Shown: positions 1 to 11,297, counted from the first letter of the stretch. The stretch is 64,000 nt of DNA from Nitrosopumilaceae archaeon (GCA_965214835.1 CBDCCK010000002.1:2336001-2400000); one strand, 5' to 3'. Numbers and translations are program-made. Notes: a model not told the origin generated them from the sequence alone.

Positions 1-537
1 GGCAGGCAGGATCGACGAGAGCTGCGTGTCAGGCTTTGCCATCAGGAACAGCAAATGCAGGACCTCGTCGTTTAGCCTGGTCATCGTGCCGTCTGCCATG
101 CACGGCAAAAAGGACAAGACTGTAGTGGAGCAGTACGTGGCATTTGCCACCAATCTCCCGTTCTCCAACGCGCTGCACGAGATCGATACTGCCTCGCAGG
201 ACTACCGGAAGAGGTGGGGAATAGAGACAGGATGCGTGCAGATAGAGCAGATACGGGCCAAGACCACGAGCAGGAACTAGGACATCAGGCTGCCTGTGTT
301 CTTTGTGCACCGCCGCCCGCGATTACGTTCTCGGCAGTCATCATCAGGAACTAGGACATCAGGCTGCCTGTGTTCTTTGTGTCTGTATTTGTGTACAACA
401 TGTGGGCCATCGAGCGCAACAGGGATGACATATGGTGTATGAAAAGGGATCTTACACTGTTGCGGATTGCATGTGTGCTTCTCATGGCTGCCAGAAGAAA
501 CCTTGCAGAATACGGGTTTGCCGGCCCGCCGCCGTAG
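1..537 (+). pseudogene. ISH3/IS4-family transposase C-terminal remnant
   Basis: FATN...YRKRWGIET...R.KTTSRN motif, similar to 47916-48224; broken by an in-frame TAG at 278 and a 74-bp duplication-plus-insert. Confidence 0.8.
271..381. repeat. 37-bp direct duplication around a 37-bp unique insert (unit A)
   Basis: caggaactaggacatcaggctgcctgtgttctttgtg at 271-307 and 345-381. Confidence 0.95.
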
Positions 538-620
538 GGCTGCGGTGGCTTTTGGGGGTTACATTTCCGTCTACTGGAATGTAGCAAAGGCAGAAATACA
601 CCCGTTTTTCAAGAAAAACC

Positions 621-998
621 ATGGATAAAGAGCTCCTAGAGCACATGAAGACGCTGTTTGGCCTGAATCCCGACGCGGTGCCGCCAGGATTACAGTTTCC
701 CAGACTGCCTCCCGGACTCATGCATCCGATGACCAGCCAATTTGCCGTCCCTCAAAGAAGGACTGCACAGGATGCTGCGTCCCTGACTCCCAGCTTGGAG
801 GAATTTCAGCAGGCCTATCAGAGACATGCGTCGGGACTGCTCAACTCGCACTATCCTGGGGTCGTACCTCCGGGACATCCGCTATATGAAAAACATGCAT
901 CCGCCAGTATCCTGAGATCTGAAAACGACAAGCTGTTAAAGGAAAACCTCGAGCTTAAAAAACAACTAGACGAGATGGCAAAGCCTGGATCCCACTAG
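621..998 (+). CDS. hypothetical protein with C-terminal coiled coil
   Basis: Clean 125-aa ATG ORF, Pro-rich middle, heptad ENDKLLKENLELKKQLDE. Confidence 0.75.
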   Translation: MDKELLEHMKTLFGLNPDAVPPGLQFPRLPPGLMHPMTSQFAVPQRRTAQDAASLTPSLEEFQQAYQRHASGLLNSHYPGVVPPGHPLYEKHASASILRSENDKLLKENLELKKQLDEMAKPGSH

Positions 999-1196
999 CC
1001 CTCAGTAGTCACTGTGAAATTTCATCTGTATCATCAGATAAATGAAAAGTACCCCAGCCAGGCAGAAAATCAAGGAATTTAGGCCATCTTGGCAACACTG
1101 CAGATGCAAACAGATCAATTGGGGTGGTGAGGATCCCTCTGGAATAGGAACGCTTTTTTTCGCACACTTTTTGAGTTAGGAGGTCGAATCACAGAT

Positions 1197-1487
1197 ATGA
1201 GCAAGAAAACATGGAGTGCGCAGGACAAGATAGAGATAGTCATGGAGCAGTTCAACACCAACATCGAGACGGCAGAGCTGTGCCGCCGTCACAGCCTCTC
1301 CCCTAGGACGTTTTATCAGTGGAGGGAGCGCTTTTTGCAGGCAGGATGCGCCTCGCTGTCGGGTAGAGGCCACAAGTCAACGGAGGAGCAACAGCAAAAG
1401 GAGATCGAGTCGCTCAAGAAAATAGTTGGGGAGTACGCCGTGGCCAATGCGGCATTAAAAAAAACCTTGGAGACAGGCAACAGGTGA
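1197..1487 (+). mobile_element. IS3-family OrfA (HTH), truncated element
   Basis: WSAQDKIEIV...AELCRRHSLSPRTFYQWR HTH plus leucine zipper; A8 slippery run near 1457-1464; no OrfB recognisable after the IS5 insertion. Confidence 0.75.
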
Positions 1488-1496
1488 CGGCCGCAG

Positions 1497-2581
1497 AGAA
1501 GCGATTCTTAATTAGCAGATTTTGACCCACTTGGGCACTAATCTATGCCTGACGGATCAAAATACCTGTAAAACCATGTACAAATCATGTGTTTGATCGA
1601 TAGACTGACAAAAAACCCACGGACGTTCCGGATGTTTGCAGGAATGACCGAGGCAGAGTTTGACCAGCTGTGTACCGAGGTGCAAAAGAAATTTCCAGAT
1701 ACCGAGAAGAAGAGGCTCTCAAGGCCCGACCGTGTGCGGGATATAGGCGCAGGCAGGCCCTTTGCCCTGGATCTGAGGAACCGCGTACTGCTGGTCTTGT
1801 TCTACTACAGGACGTACGTCTCCCAGGACGTGGCTGGCGCCATGTTCGGTATAGGACAGGCGTCGGTCTCGCGCTCCATAAGCCTGACTAAGCCCCTGCT
1901 AAAACAATGCCTGCCGATCCCCGAGAAGATTTACAAGGACTCCAAGAGGATCTCCTCAGTCGAGGAGCTGGCCGAGATCTTCCCGGGGATGGTGTGCCTG
2001 ACTGACGCCTCCGAGCAGCCCACAAACAGGCCCAAGAGAAAGGACATGGAAAAGTCGCACTATTCGGGCAAGGCAGGCACGCACACGGCCAAGGTCCAGT
2101 ATACGGTCAACATACACGGTGCCATAGTGCACAAGACCCCGCACTCGCCGGGGCGCGTAAACGACGTCAAGATATACCAGATGAAGCATCCCACGTTCTG
2201 GAGCGGTGAGGAGGACGGCGAGGAGCTGCGGCACTATATGGATCGCGGATACCAGGGTGCGCAGCACATCGATGCAGGGACGAAGGTTATACTTCCAATC
2301 AAGAAGAGTCCTGGCGGCAAGCTGACCGACGATGAAAAAGAGTACAACAGAACACACTCAAAGATACGGGTGTACGTGGAGAATGGCATACGCAGGGTCA
2401 AGACATTCAAGATAATGAGCTACAAGTACAGAAACAGGCTCAGAAAGTACGATCTGGCCAACAGTATCGTGTGCGGGCTGGTCAACCTGAGGATACTGGA
2501 ACGGATAGCTGCTGTGGCCTGAAAAACACGGCAGAAAACAACTGCAACCTGCCACTCGTAATTTAATTACGGATTGCTTCT
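1497..2581 (+). mobile_element. IS5-family element, copy 1 (transposase 1587-2522, 311 aa)
   Basis: TIRs agaagcgattc/ggattgcttct, 3-bp TSD cag; DDE motifs TDASEQ, MDRGY, RVYVENGI; nearly identical to 52575-53659. Confidence 0.93.
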
Positions 2582-3222
2582 CAGGGCACTGCCCCCCATA
2601 TCAGACGGGCAGAAAAAGCACGCGATAGTGGGGCAAACTCCCTTTATGTGACGGGAAGGGAGCAGAACATGGATTTTGTAGACGACGTAGTCGATGGAAT
2701 CAAAATAAAGAAAATAGGAACGCCGGTGTGGAGCAGAAATTACAAGACCCTGGATAAAAAACGAAAGCGGAAAAATGCCAAAATGGCTCTGTTTAGACTA
2801 TAATTCTGGCATCATCGACTCAGATTGCAAGTCCGCAGTCGGCCAAGCTAGGCTCGGGGAGGGGGCTTTTTGATCTGCGGTTTTGTATACTCTTCTGTGA
2901 TGCGGGCAGGCAGCACCTTGAGCTTGGCCGCCCAGAGATGCAGTGCCGCAATCTTCCCTGGTACTGGCAACAGTTGCCAATAAGCGGGAACTTTTCTTCC
3001 CTGTTACTGGCAACGGTTGCCTACTTGCGGGAATCAGCAGATCCGACCGTGTCTGAAGACGCGGCAAAGCGACACGTTCTGACGATCGCCTGATCCAGAG
3101 CAGTGAACAGGACACAGAGATCCATTAGGAGTCAAACAAGGAGAAAAAAGAGTTGCATGTGTGATCGTCATTTGATCACCGTCCTTGAGAGCGGATCAAG
3201 GCCGGGGTCATCAAAGGGATTG

Positions 3223-3531
3223 TCATGCTTGCCTGTACCGTGCCTTTGAGGACGCGCCGCCCACATCGCCCGTCCTGAGATCCTTTTTTGCAAACCTTGC
3301 CTCCACGTGCTTTGCTATTATCGTGCCGCTTGACTCGCCCAAAGAGAAACCCCCTACCTCAAGCCACAGCCTGTCTGCAAGTCTCTTTGGGACGCTGGAC
3401 ACGGCTGCCCCGCTGCCGTGCCCGTGGATGACTCGCCATGTTTTTTGTGTGGATCCAGTGCATCCGGAACTTGAAATAAACTCAGGGCGCGTTTTTGCAA
3501 GCTTTGCAATACCCACTTGCAAGCTTTGCAA
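3223..3531 (-). pseudogene. possible degenerate AbrB/MazE-like regulator
   Basis: RVIHGHGSGAAVSSVPKRLADRLWLEVG resembles the AbrB pattern of 4228-4494. Confidence 0.35.
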
Positions 3532-3553
3532 AAAAACTTTGCAAGCTTTGCAA
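3495..3553. repeat. three near-palindromic 15-mers at exact 22-bp spacing
   Basis: TTGCAAGCTTTGCAA at 3495, 3517 and 3539. Confidence 0.9.
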
Positions 3554-4227
3554 AGATACTCGTGGCAGATTGACTCGCATTATCTCACGATTTCCAAAAA
3601 ACGAGACCAGGACACAGGGCCCCCGTCGGGGACTCCTGATCCCCACAACCTTCTGGGACGCCGGAGTCTTCCCAGCCCCTTATCTTTACCTGAGTGAAGA
3701 ATTCCCCCGCACCACATTGAATCAGACGACCGTCTTCGGACAGACAAGACAAAATCATGCCCGCGAGCTAGGAATCATTGCAATCAACCCCGTATGATTA
3801 ATTTTAAAATCATAGTATCATATCCGGAGGAATATCAAAAACATGACAGGAATCAAGAACATGAAAAACAGAGTTTATCAATTCTGAGGGTATTGACTAT
3901 TTCCCTTTCTATCCTGCCACGACATATAATACATCTCGGAATCTTTTGAGCCTTTTGATCACCAAAAGTCCATCATTTTTAACCCCTCATCGGATGTCAT
4001 CGGAATCATCTGAGAAGATTATCTTCCCTCGGGCAGGTTCGTGATCCCGCCGCCTGTGGTTGCAGGATGCCCCATAGGCAGAGTCCGCATCCCAGATAAA
4101 GCCATCCCGAGCATCAAGTAAAGCATGAAAGCGGAAAAACTCGGCTTTGAGCAGTGTCACACGTGGTCAAAGAACCCAGATGTCCACGATCCCCGCCGGC
4201 CTTGACGAACAAGAGGGGTGCGGGGCG

Positions 4228-4494
4228 TCATTTGATGTGCAGTTTTTTGAGCTTTTCTGCAGGCAGATCCGCCTCTTCCATCATCTCGTCCAGGACCCTG
4301 TCGTACTTTGTCCTGCCCTTGCCTGGGGCGCCTGCGGGCCGTACGGGGATCAGCTCCAGCCTGTCCGGGTGCGCCACGAACTCGACGATCTGGCCTCCCG
4401 CAATGCCGAGATCTTCTGCCAGCTCCTTTGGAACGGTGATGGCGAGGCTGCCGGCCTGCCTGCGCACCTTTCTATAGTGTTTTTTTTCAGACAT
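4228..4494 (-). CDS. AbrB/MazE/SpoVT-family DNA-binding protein
   Basis: RKVRRQAGSLAITVPKELAEDLGIAGGQIVEF signature. Confidence 0.88.
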   Translation of the reverse strand: MSEKKHYRKVRRQAGSLAITVPKELAEDLGIAGGQIVEFVAHPDRLELIPVRPAGAPGKGRTKYDRVLDEMMEEADLPAEKLKKLHIK

Positions 4495-4533
4495 ACACTG
4501 TAACCGTGTTCCATGTTTAAGGGTCCGGGGTTT

Positions 4534-4599
4534 TTTGTAAAGCACTGCCCCAAAAAGTGCGACAAGTGCAACAGCACCAACATGAAAAAGCCCGAAAAG
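4534..4599 (+). mobile_element. IS66 transposase internal fragment, continued at 9317
   Basis: FVKHCPKKCDKCNSTNMKKPEK matches 41281-41345. Confidence 0.85.
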
Positions 4600-4710
4600 G
4601 TAACAGCTCGGGCTCTGGAAGTTCAGGCACGAATTTTGCCATCAAAGAAGGCCGATCAAACAGAATTTATGCCTGAAATTGTAAATCACTTCCGAAGCCC
4701 GAGCTGTTAC
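4600..4710. mobile_element. MITE derived from the IS66 with GTAACAG ends
   Basis: TIR gtaacagctcgggct...agcccgagctgttac; both halves match the ends of 43796-45633. Confidence 0.9.
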
Positions 4711-4856
4711 AAAATATCTCCGTTTAGTTTGGATCCGGTGGGAAGCGATGCGGTAGCAGGATAGACACTAGGCGGAGTTAAAGTCGCGCCCCCTGCCGGC
4801 CAGGCATGAAAATCATAACTGCAGGCAAGTGTGTGTCTGGTTGCTGCCCGGGCAGC

Positions 4857-5243
4857 ATGATTTCAACACAAAATGACGTGTTTGCACACCAGTTTGACAT
4901 GGCACCACAGCAGTTTGAAACATTGCGACAGAGATTCTCCAGGTTCGGGCTGGCCGTCTCAGAGAGCCACAACGCAGCGTATGGCCCAGTCGACGTACTG
5001 CGCGTGCTAGGCTTCATGTCTGGGAGGAGGATGTTTGCAGAATCTGCCGTGACGCATCTTCGCAGGCACCGGCATGACGGCGGAGCTGCCTCCGAGGCCG
5101 GCGCATGCAATCGTCGTACGCCCAGTCCGGACCGGATCCCAAGGACTATCCGGTGCGTCAGTCCGGACGGCGCGCAAAAGTGGTGCAGCTCCACGGTACA
5201 GCACACGGTGAGAGGCACCCGCAGGTCCGGCATGGCGCGTTGA
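4857..5243 (+). pseudogene. ISH3-family transposase N-terminal remnant
   Basis: TQNDVFAHQFD... closely similar to 46940-47350. Confidence 0.85.
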
Positions 5244-5440
5244 CCACGACGATGCAGTCACCGCCTAGTATGAGATCATGATCCCCCATGATCTCGATTG
5301 TTCTCTGGTAAGGGGATCTTATGTTCTGATGGCCGGCAAACGAGATTTCAAATCGGACTGCTCAAAACGATTCCGTGCGCATATTTTAAAATAGTTCCCG
5401 CGGCAGGTGGGATTTCAAATCGGACTGACCACTCCTCAAA

Positions 5441-5731
5441 TCAGTGTGAGCTGATTTTCGTATAATAGGTGAAAAAAATCAGCAAGCCAACGATTACCCA
5501 AGGAGCAACGCGAAAAAAACCAGATGCCAGAAGTTTGTGCGTTGGGTTGACTGATTCTATTTCACATGGAGTCATTTTTCCAGTATCATCCTCAAACCAA
5601 CACTCATCAGGATTGCCTGCATAGACAGGCTCAGACATGGAATATCTATACTCATATCTAATCATACCAATTGAAATCAGAATAGCTGCTGACAATAAAA
5701 TCACAATGAGAAATTTTGATCTTTTATTCAA
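5441..5731 (-). CDS. small membrane protein (2 TM, Cys pair)
   Basis: AT-rich 96-aa ORF with hydrophobic N- and C-terminal segments. Confidence 0.7.
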   Translation of the reverse strand: MNKRSKFLIVILLSAAILISIGMIRYEYRYSMSEPVYAGNPDECWFEDDTGKMTPCEIESVNPTHKLLASGFFRVAPWVIVGLLIFFTYYTKISSH

Positions 5732-7413
5732 GAAAAAGGGGGGCTAGCATACATTATATGATTTTATGCATGGTCGCAGCCAAGTGAAAAGTACCCCGAA
5801 ATCGGTAACAGCTCGGGCTCGGGAAGCTCAGGCGTGAATCTTGCCACCTTGGAGGCCCCCTTGGGCAGCACCCCAGGCTAGCAGGAAGATCTGAAAAAAT
5901 CACAACACATAAAGATCCCAGGATCTGCCTTCCGGGTATTGGTTGGGGATCCTGACATTACGGACGTGGACTGGAGAATTCCCGACGTGATCCGCCTGTT
6001 TGAACACATGAAGACAGGGGTGGATAATGTTGAAAAATACAACCAGCAGCTGCAAAAAGACAACGAGCAGCTGCAAGGCGAACACCAGCAGCAGTAGAAA
6101 GTGATCCAGCAGCAGCAAGAGGAAATCGAACGGCTAAGGGCACTGCTCGGCCAGTAGATACCGGCGTCCGGATCCGGGCCGGTGTGGGGTTCCGTTCCAA
6201 AGGAGGCCCGCAAAGAGCCGAACTCGCGCGGCTATAACGTGCGCAAGTTCCACGACTTTCCGCATCCTGAAAAGGCGGCCCCAAAAAAGAGGTTGGAGAC
6301 CAAGGCCGTCACCCGTACATGCACTGCAGACGCCGAGTTCTGCCCCGACTGCTGCAACAGGCTCTCTGACTGGTGCGAAAGGTACGCAAGGAAATCTGAG
6401 GATCTGGTCGACGGCAGGTGGACCGAGACGGAATGGGACGTCACCAAACGCTACTGCAAGTCATGCAAGAAAAAGCGCGCTGCCCCCGTGCCAGGCGTGC
6501 TACCAGGCGAGCATTACGGCACGCGCGTCATCGGGATAATCGTGTTTCTCCGCTGCATGTGTCTGTCCTTTGAGAGGATCCAGACCATACTGCACACGCT
6601 TTACGGCGCCCACATACCGGCGTCCACCCTGATCCACCTGTGTGATGTATCGACTACCAGGATGATGCCCGTATATGACGGCATTCTGGAGGAGATACGG
6701 CGCTCAGAGTCCGTCGGGGGTGATGAGACGGGCTGGTTTCTCAACGGGGCCGGCCACTGGGTATGGGTGCTTGTGACAAAATTCTCCGTATTCTACCACA
6801 TAGCGCCGTCCCGCTCGGGCGACGTCATAGATTCCCTGATGGCAACCTTTGACGGCATCGTGACATCCGACTCGTACTCGCCGTGGAACCGCATCGGCTG
6901 CATGCACCAAAAGTGCCTCCTGCACTACCTTCGGGACATGTACCTGACGCTGGAGAAGAACCCCGGCGCCGAGTTTGCCACGATGTTTTGCAGGCTCCGC
7001 GGCACCCTAAAGGACGCAATAGAGCTGGGCAGGGCCACGCCCGGGGAGGTGCAGTGCCTGAAATATCGCGTGCGCAAGCTTGCCTCGGCCGCGTACACGG
7101 ACGGGGACTGCATCCGGTATACAAAGCGCCTCAAAAGGGAGGTCGACGATCTGTTTACGTTCCTAGAGCATGACGTCGAGTACCACAACAACGGCAGCGA
7201 GAGGGCGCTGCGCATGATTGCCGTGATACGGAAGATCCTGTACGAAAACAGTAGTCAATTCATAAAAAAACGAACAATTTTGACAACTGCTTTTGATCCA
7301 AACATTAAGATCAGGCAAACCATCGCACATGCATGGGAAAACAGGCAGAATTTGTGGCATCTAGGGACAAATTCCTGGGCAAGCAAAGCACTCACGCCTT
7401 TGCAAGGCGTACT

Positions 7414-7534
7414 AGACCCGACAGTATGGAACACGACAGTTGTTGCTGCTGCAGTTAATTCGTGCATGTGGAGTTTGACATACTGCCACACAAGACCCGA
7501 CAGTATGGAACACGACAGTTGTTGCTGCTGCAGT
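7414..7534. repeat. 42-bp direct duplication around a 37-bp insert (unit B)
   Basis: agacccgacagtatggaacacgacagttgttgctgctgcagt at 7414-7455 and 7493-7534. Confidence 0.92.
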
Positions 7535-8674
7535 AGTCAGCCCATCAAATATCGGAACATCTTTACCGGTAGGATCTCTCCGCTGGTAAACAGATTCCGC
7601 ACGGACTGCTCCATCTCATCAAGCGTATCAAACACCTTGGCAGACAGCCTCCGCTTTATCTCCCTCCACTGTATCTCTACAGGATTGAGCTCCGGCGTGG
7701 ACGGCGGCAGGTACTCCAGTATTATCTCGCCCTTGTACTTTTCCAGCGTCTTCCTTACGCCGACAGACTTGTGGTATGACGCATTATCCAGGAATATCAA
7801 CACCTTTCCGTACTTTTCGTGCACCTTTTCCAAAAAGTCGCAAAAGCTGTTGGTGTTGGTCTTGTCATAGAACATATAGTAGAATATGTTAACTGCCAGC
7901 ACGCCGAACATGTACCGGCGCTGCCGTGACAGCGTCAAGGGCGCCGTGACGCTCATGCCGCGCCTGATCCACCCGTGTTTGGGGCTGTTTGAGGTCTTTT
8001 GTATGGATGACTCGTCTTCTGCCAGTACCGTATACCCTTGCGCCTCCTTTTCCCGTATCAGCTCCTGGGATGCCTCCTTGAACTCGTTCTGCTTTTGTTT
8101 TGAGACGGCCTTTGGGTTCTTGGGCCTCGGCTTCCTCCATGAGAACCCAAGCTCGCGTGCCAGCAGCCGCGTGCCGCTCTTGCTGTATTCTATGCCGAAC
8201 TTCTTTTTGATGTGCCGTCTCATCAGGCCCGAGTCCCACAGGCTGCTCTCAAAACCGCACTCCTCGGATCCTGACTTGAGATCCGCCGCAAGCTGTTTCA
8301 GCTGCGACTCACTCAGCTTGTGCTTGCGTCCCCTGCCTGGCCGCTCGTGCCTTGCACGTATTCCCTCGTCCTGTGCGCGGATGAGCCACTTGGATATGGT
8401 GGAATGTGCCCGGTCGAGGTTCTTTGCTATCTGTTCCACACCGAGGTCGTCCTTGCGCTGCATGTATGCAAGCAGCCTGTCGCGCTTTCTCTTGTCTGTC
8501 TCCTTTTTGTATGCCTTGTGCAGGTAGGAGCGTGACGTATTTGGCAGGAATTTGCTCCCTGATGCTACGAATTCCTTTCTCTGTCTGTCCATGCATATGC
8601 GCATTCCTTGCCTGATCTTAATGTTTGGATCAAAAATAGTTGTCAAAATTGTTCTTTTTTTTATATATTGACTA
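7534..8674 (-). mobile_element. IS630-family element (transposase 7537-8604)
   Basis: EDES / LDNASYH / STPELNPVE DDE motifs; tagtca...tgacta ends; a diverged second copy of its left end lies inverted at 7252-7413. Confidence 0.92.
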
Positions 8675-8849
8675 AGGTCAGAAAAGGGGATGAAAATGAC
8701 GGAGGCCATGTGTACAGTATACGCCATGTGCGAGCTGCGCGGCGTCAACTTTTGCTCGTTCGTAACGGACTATCTTGACGGCAGGGTCACGGAGATCCCG
8801 ATGCCTGCTCGGTGCGTCGGTGCGGCGGTAGCAGTATAACGGACAATTG

Positions 8850-8967
8850 GTAGTAGGATAGCCCATGCCTAGGCAGCAATCAGGCATGAATCTGCCTGCA
8901 GCTGTGATTTTCATGCCTGACCGGCAAGGGACGTGATTCCAGCTTTAGGCAGGGGCTATCCTGTTAC
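8850..8967. mobile_element. MITE of the IS66 family with gtaataggttagcccctgcctag ends
   Basis: TIR-like ends, near-TSD gacaattg/gacaatgg. Confidence 0.85.
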
Positions 8968-9204
8968 GACAATGGCATTACATGCTCCGCAGGCACGCCC
9001 CAGATCCGGATGCCCAAGACTGCTGCCACGGCATGGTTATGCAATGATGGCAGTGACAGCTGCAGGCGGTGCGCCGTACATTCGGTTCCGGCTTGATGTC
9101 ACCATGTCTAGGAATCCCCGAAAACATGACAGATTGTGCCTAAATCCCGGCTTCCGGAGCCCGATCAGACAGACTCGTGCCCGGAATCAGGAATAGACTT
9201 TATG

Positions 9205-9316
9205 GTAACAGGTCGGGCTTTGGAAGTTCAGGCGTGAGTTTTGCCATCTTGGAGGAATCCTCCTAGGCAGATTTGTGCCTGAAATCAAGAACAGCTTCCA
9301 TAGCACGACCTGTTAC
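9205..9316. mobile_element. MITE with GTAACAG ends
   Basis: gtaacaggtcg...cgacctgttac; same family as 4600-4710. Confidence 0.9.
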
Positions 9317-10371
9317 CCGAAAAGTTGTTCTCAAAGACCGTGACTGAGATCCCCAAGAAGCCCAAACCGGTCACGACAGAGCACACCGCATACAAACGCG
9401 AATGCGCCGACTGCGGCCACGTGTCAATCGAGGACGACAGGGACTGGAACGTGCAGGGAACCGAGTTTGGACCAAACATTACGGGGATGATAACCTCAAT
9501 GCACATGGCACCTGCCTCCATACAGGCCACGGCCACAATGTGCTCAGAAATCCTGGACATGGACGTCTCAGAGGCAGGCGTGCTGCAGTGCCTGAGGGCC
9601 TGCACCAAGGCAATAAAGCCCAGCGTAAAGGGCATCAAACAGGCCATCAAGGATTCTGATTATCTGCATATTGACGAGACTGCCATGCCATACAACGGCA
9701 GGACGGCCCGCATATGGGTAATAGTGGGCAAGAACAAGGACGGCTCCACGACCGGCGTTCATACGCTGGTCGCACCCAGCAGGGCCAGGGTCGTAGTTGA
9801 CACGAACTTTCCGTATTATGATAAACCAGTTACAGTTGATGGGTACGGCGTATATGTCGTATTCAAGATCAGGCAGTGGTGCTGGGCACACATACTCCGG
9901 GAGGCCAAGGACGCCGGCAAGACTTCCCGGCAGGCCCACGAGCTGTATGATGCCCTCAAGAAAAAATTTCTTTTTGCCAAGGGGCTGGGGCCACCACCAC
10001 CGGAGGAGAAGAAGAACGGTGTCAGGCAGCAACAACACGACATGCTGGTAGTCGAGACACGCGCGCTGGCCGTAGCATTCAGGGAGGCAGGTTGCAAAAA
10101 ATTTGCCACAAAGCTTGAGAATGCCTCAGAATACCTGTACACGTTCGTGCTGTATCCGGGCATGGAGCCCACCAACAACCTAGCCGAGCGCATGCTGAGG
10201 CCGTCCGTAATTGCGCGCAAGATATTCCAGGGACTCCGTACCATGGAGGGCATGGAGATGTTTACCGTACTGATGACGTGTACGATGAACTGGCGCGCCC
10301 AGAGTTGCAACGTGAGTGAGATGGTCGCCAAGACCCTGACTGGAAACGTCGCCTGAGGGGTAAACTCTTAC
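9317..10371 (+). mobile_element. IS66 transposase 3' part plus right end
   Basis: HIDET, VDGY, QWCWAH, PTNNLAER; similar to 40785-42359; right TIR ggggtaaactcttac. Confidence 0.9.
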
Positions 10372-10659
10372 CATGCTAAAGAGCACAAAGTTTGTTTATG
10401 GGCGGTATGCGGCTGCCTTGAGAAAATTGTTCAAGTTGTAGTGGTGATCTGGATTGGAAAATGAAAACTAGAATTCAAACCTGTCAGCCAAACTATCATG
10501 TTGGATCCTTTTTGCGTTTCAATAATCTGGTTTGACACGTCTGATTTGGATATTGCATGACAATACGCGTATGAGACCGCCTATCACTGCTGGCCAAGTA
10601 TGAAAATCATGACTGCATGTGGATTCACGCCTATCTGCCAAGTGGAGGTGGTCTCGTAC

Positions 10660-10750
10660 GTACGAGTTTACCCCTCACCTGAGATACGATGTGGCAGGCG
10701 TGATCATGAAGGCTCCAGACACCAGTGACGCCTAAGGGGTAAACTCGTAC
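10660..10750. mobile_element. 91-bp MITE of the IS66 family with gtaagagtttacccc ends
   Basis: TIR gtacgagtttacccct; flanking duplication gtctcgtac. Confidence 0.88.
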
Positions 10751-10859
10751 GTCTCGTACAACCGAATAATCGTAACCGTATGTGTCTCAACAAAATTCAG
10801 ATGGTGCCAAAATAAATGGCAACGCAGACAAACAGACTGCCGCAAAAAAGAGGACACAT

Positions 10860-10987
10860 GTGAAATCAAAGGCGGTGCAACAGCAACAACTGCAGTATGT
10901 CAGCCTGGACGTGAACAAGGAGTTCATCTAGTTGTAGTGATGGACAAGAACGGCAAGGTGCTGAGGAACACAAGAATCAACAACAAG
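10860..10987 (+). pseudogene. IS110 transposase N-terminal remnant
   Basis: QYVSLDVNKEFI*...VMDKNGKVL resembles YVGxDxHK...V.DxxG. Confidence 0.5.
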
Positions 10988-11201
10988 AGACTTTATGCGT
11001 AATCGGTTCAGATCTGGGGTTATTACGAACGAATTGTAACAGGTTAGCCCCTGCCTAGAGTTGGAGTCACGTCCCTTGCCGGCCAGGCATGAAAGCCACC
11101 ACTGCAGGCAGATTCGTGCCTGACTGCTGCCTAGGCAGGGGCTATCCTATTGCAATTTGTTCGTAATAATCCTAGATTTGAACCGATTACGCATAAAGTC
11201 T
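10988..11201. mobile_element. palindromic element with a nested MITE (11036-11153)
   Basis: About 48-bp inverted arms agactttatgcgtaatcggttca.../...tgaaccgattacgcataaagtct. Confidence 0.8.
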
Positions 11202-11297
11202 AATGACGGCAGTGAGTCGGTTCGGGCTTTGCAGACCCTGATCATACGTGAACGAACCTGCATCAGATGGATGCCATGTGAAATCCCATCGGCATCC

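Larger units (their letters stand above)
5805..9195 (+). mobile_element. IS66-family element, inactivated and interrupted
   Basis: Left TIR at 5805; transposase similar to 43930-45381 with TAG stops near 6095 and 6155; interrupted at 7252-8674 and 8850-8967, resumes at 8677. Confidence 0.88.

Noticed and set aside
5344-5427. 17-bp direct repeat gatttcaaatcggactg, 67 bp apart
   Set aside because: Too short to belong to the 37-bp class; probably remnants of element ends.
6182-7870. 562-aa ORF as a novel fusion protein
   Set aside because: It is IS66 transposase reading through into inserted IS630 DNA after 7251.
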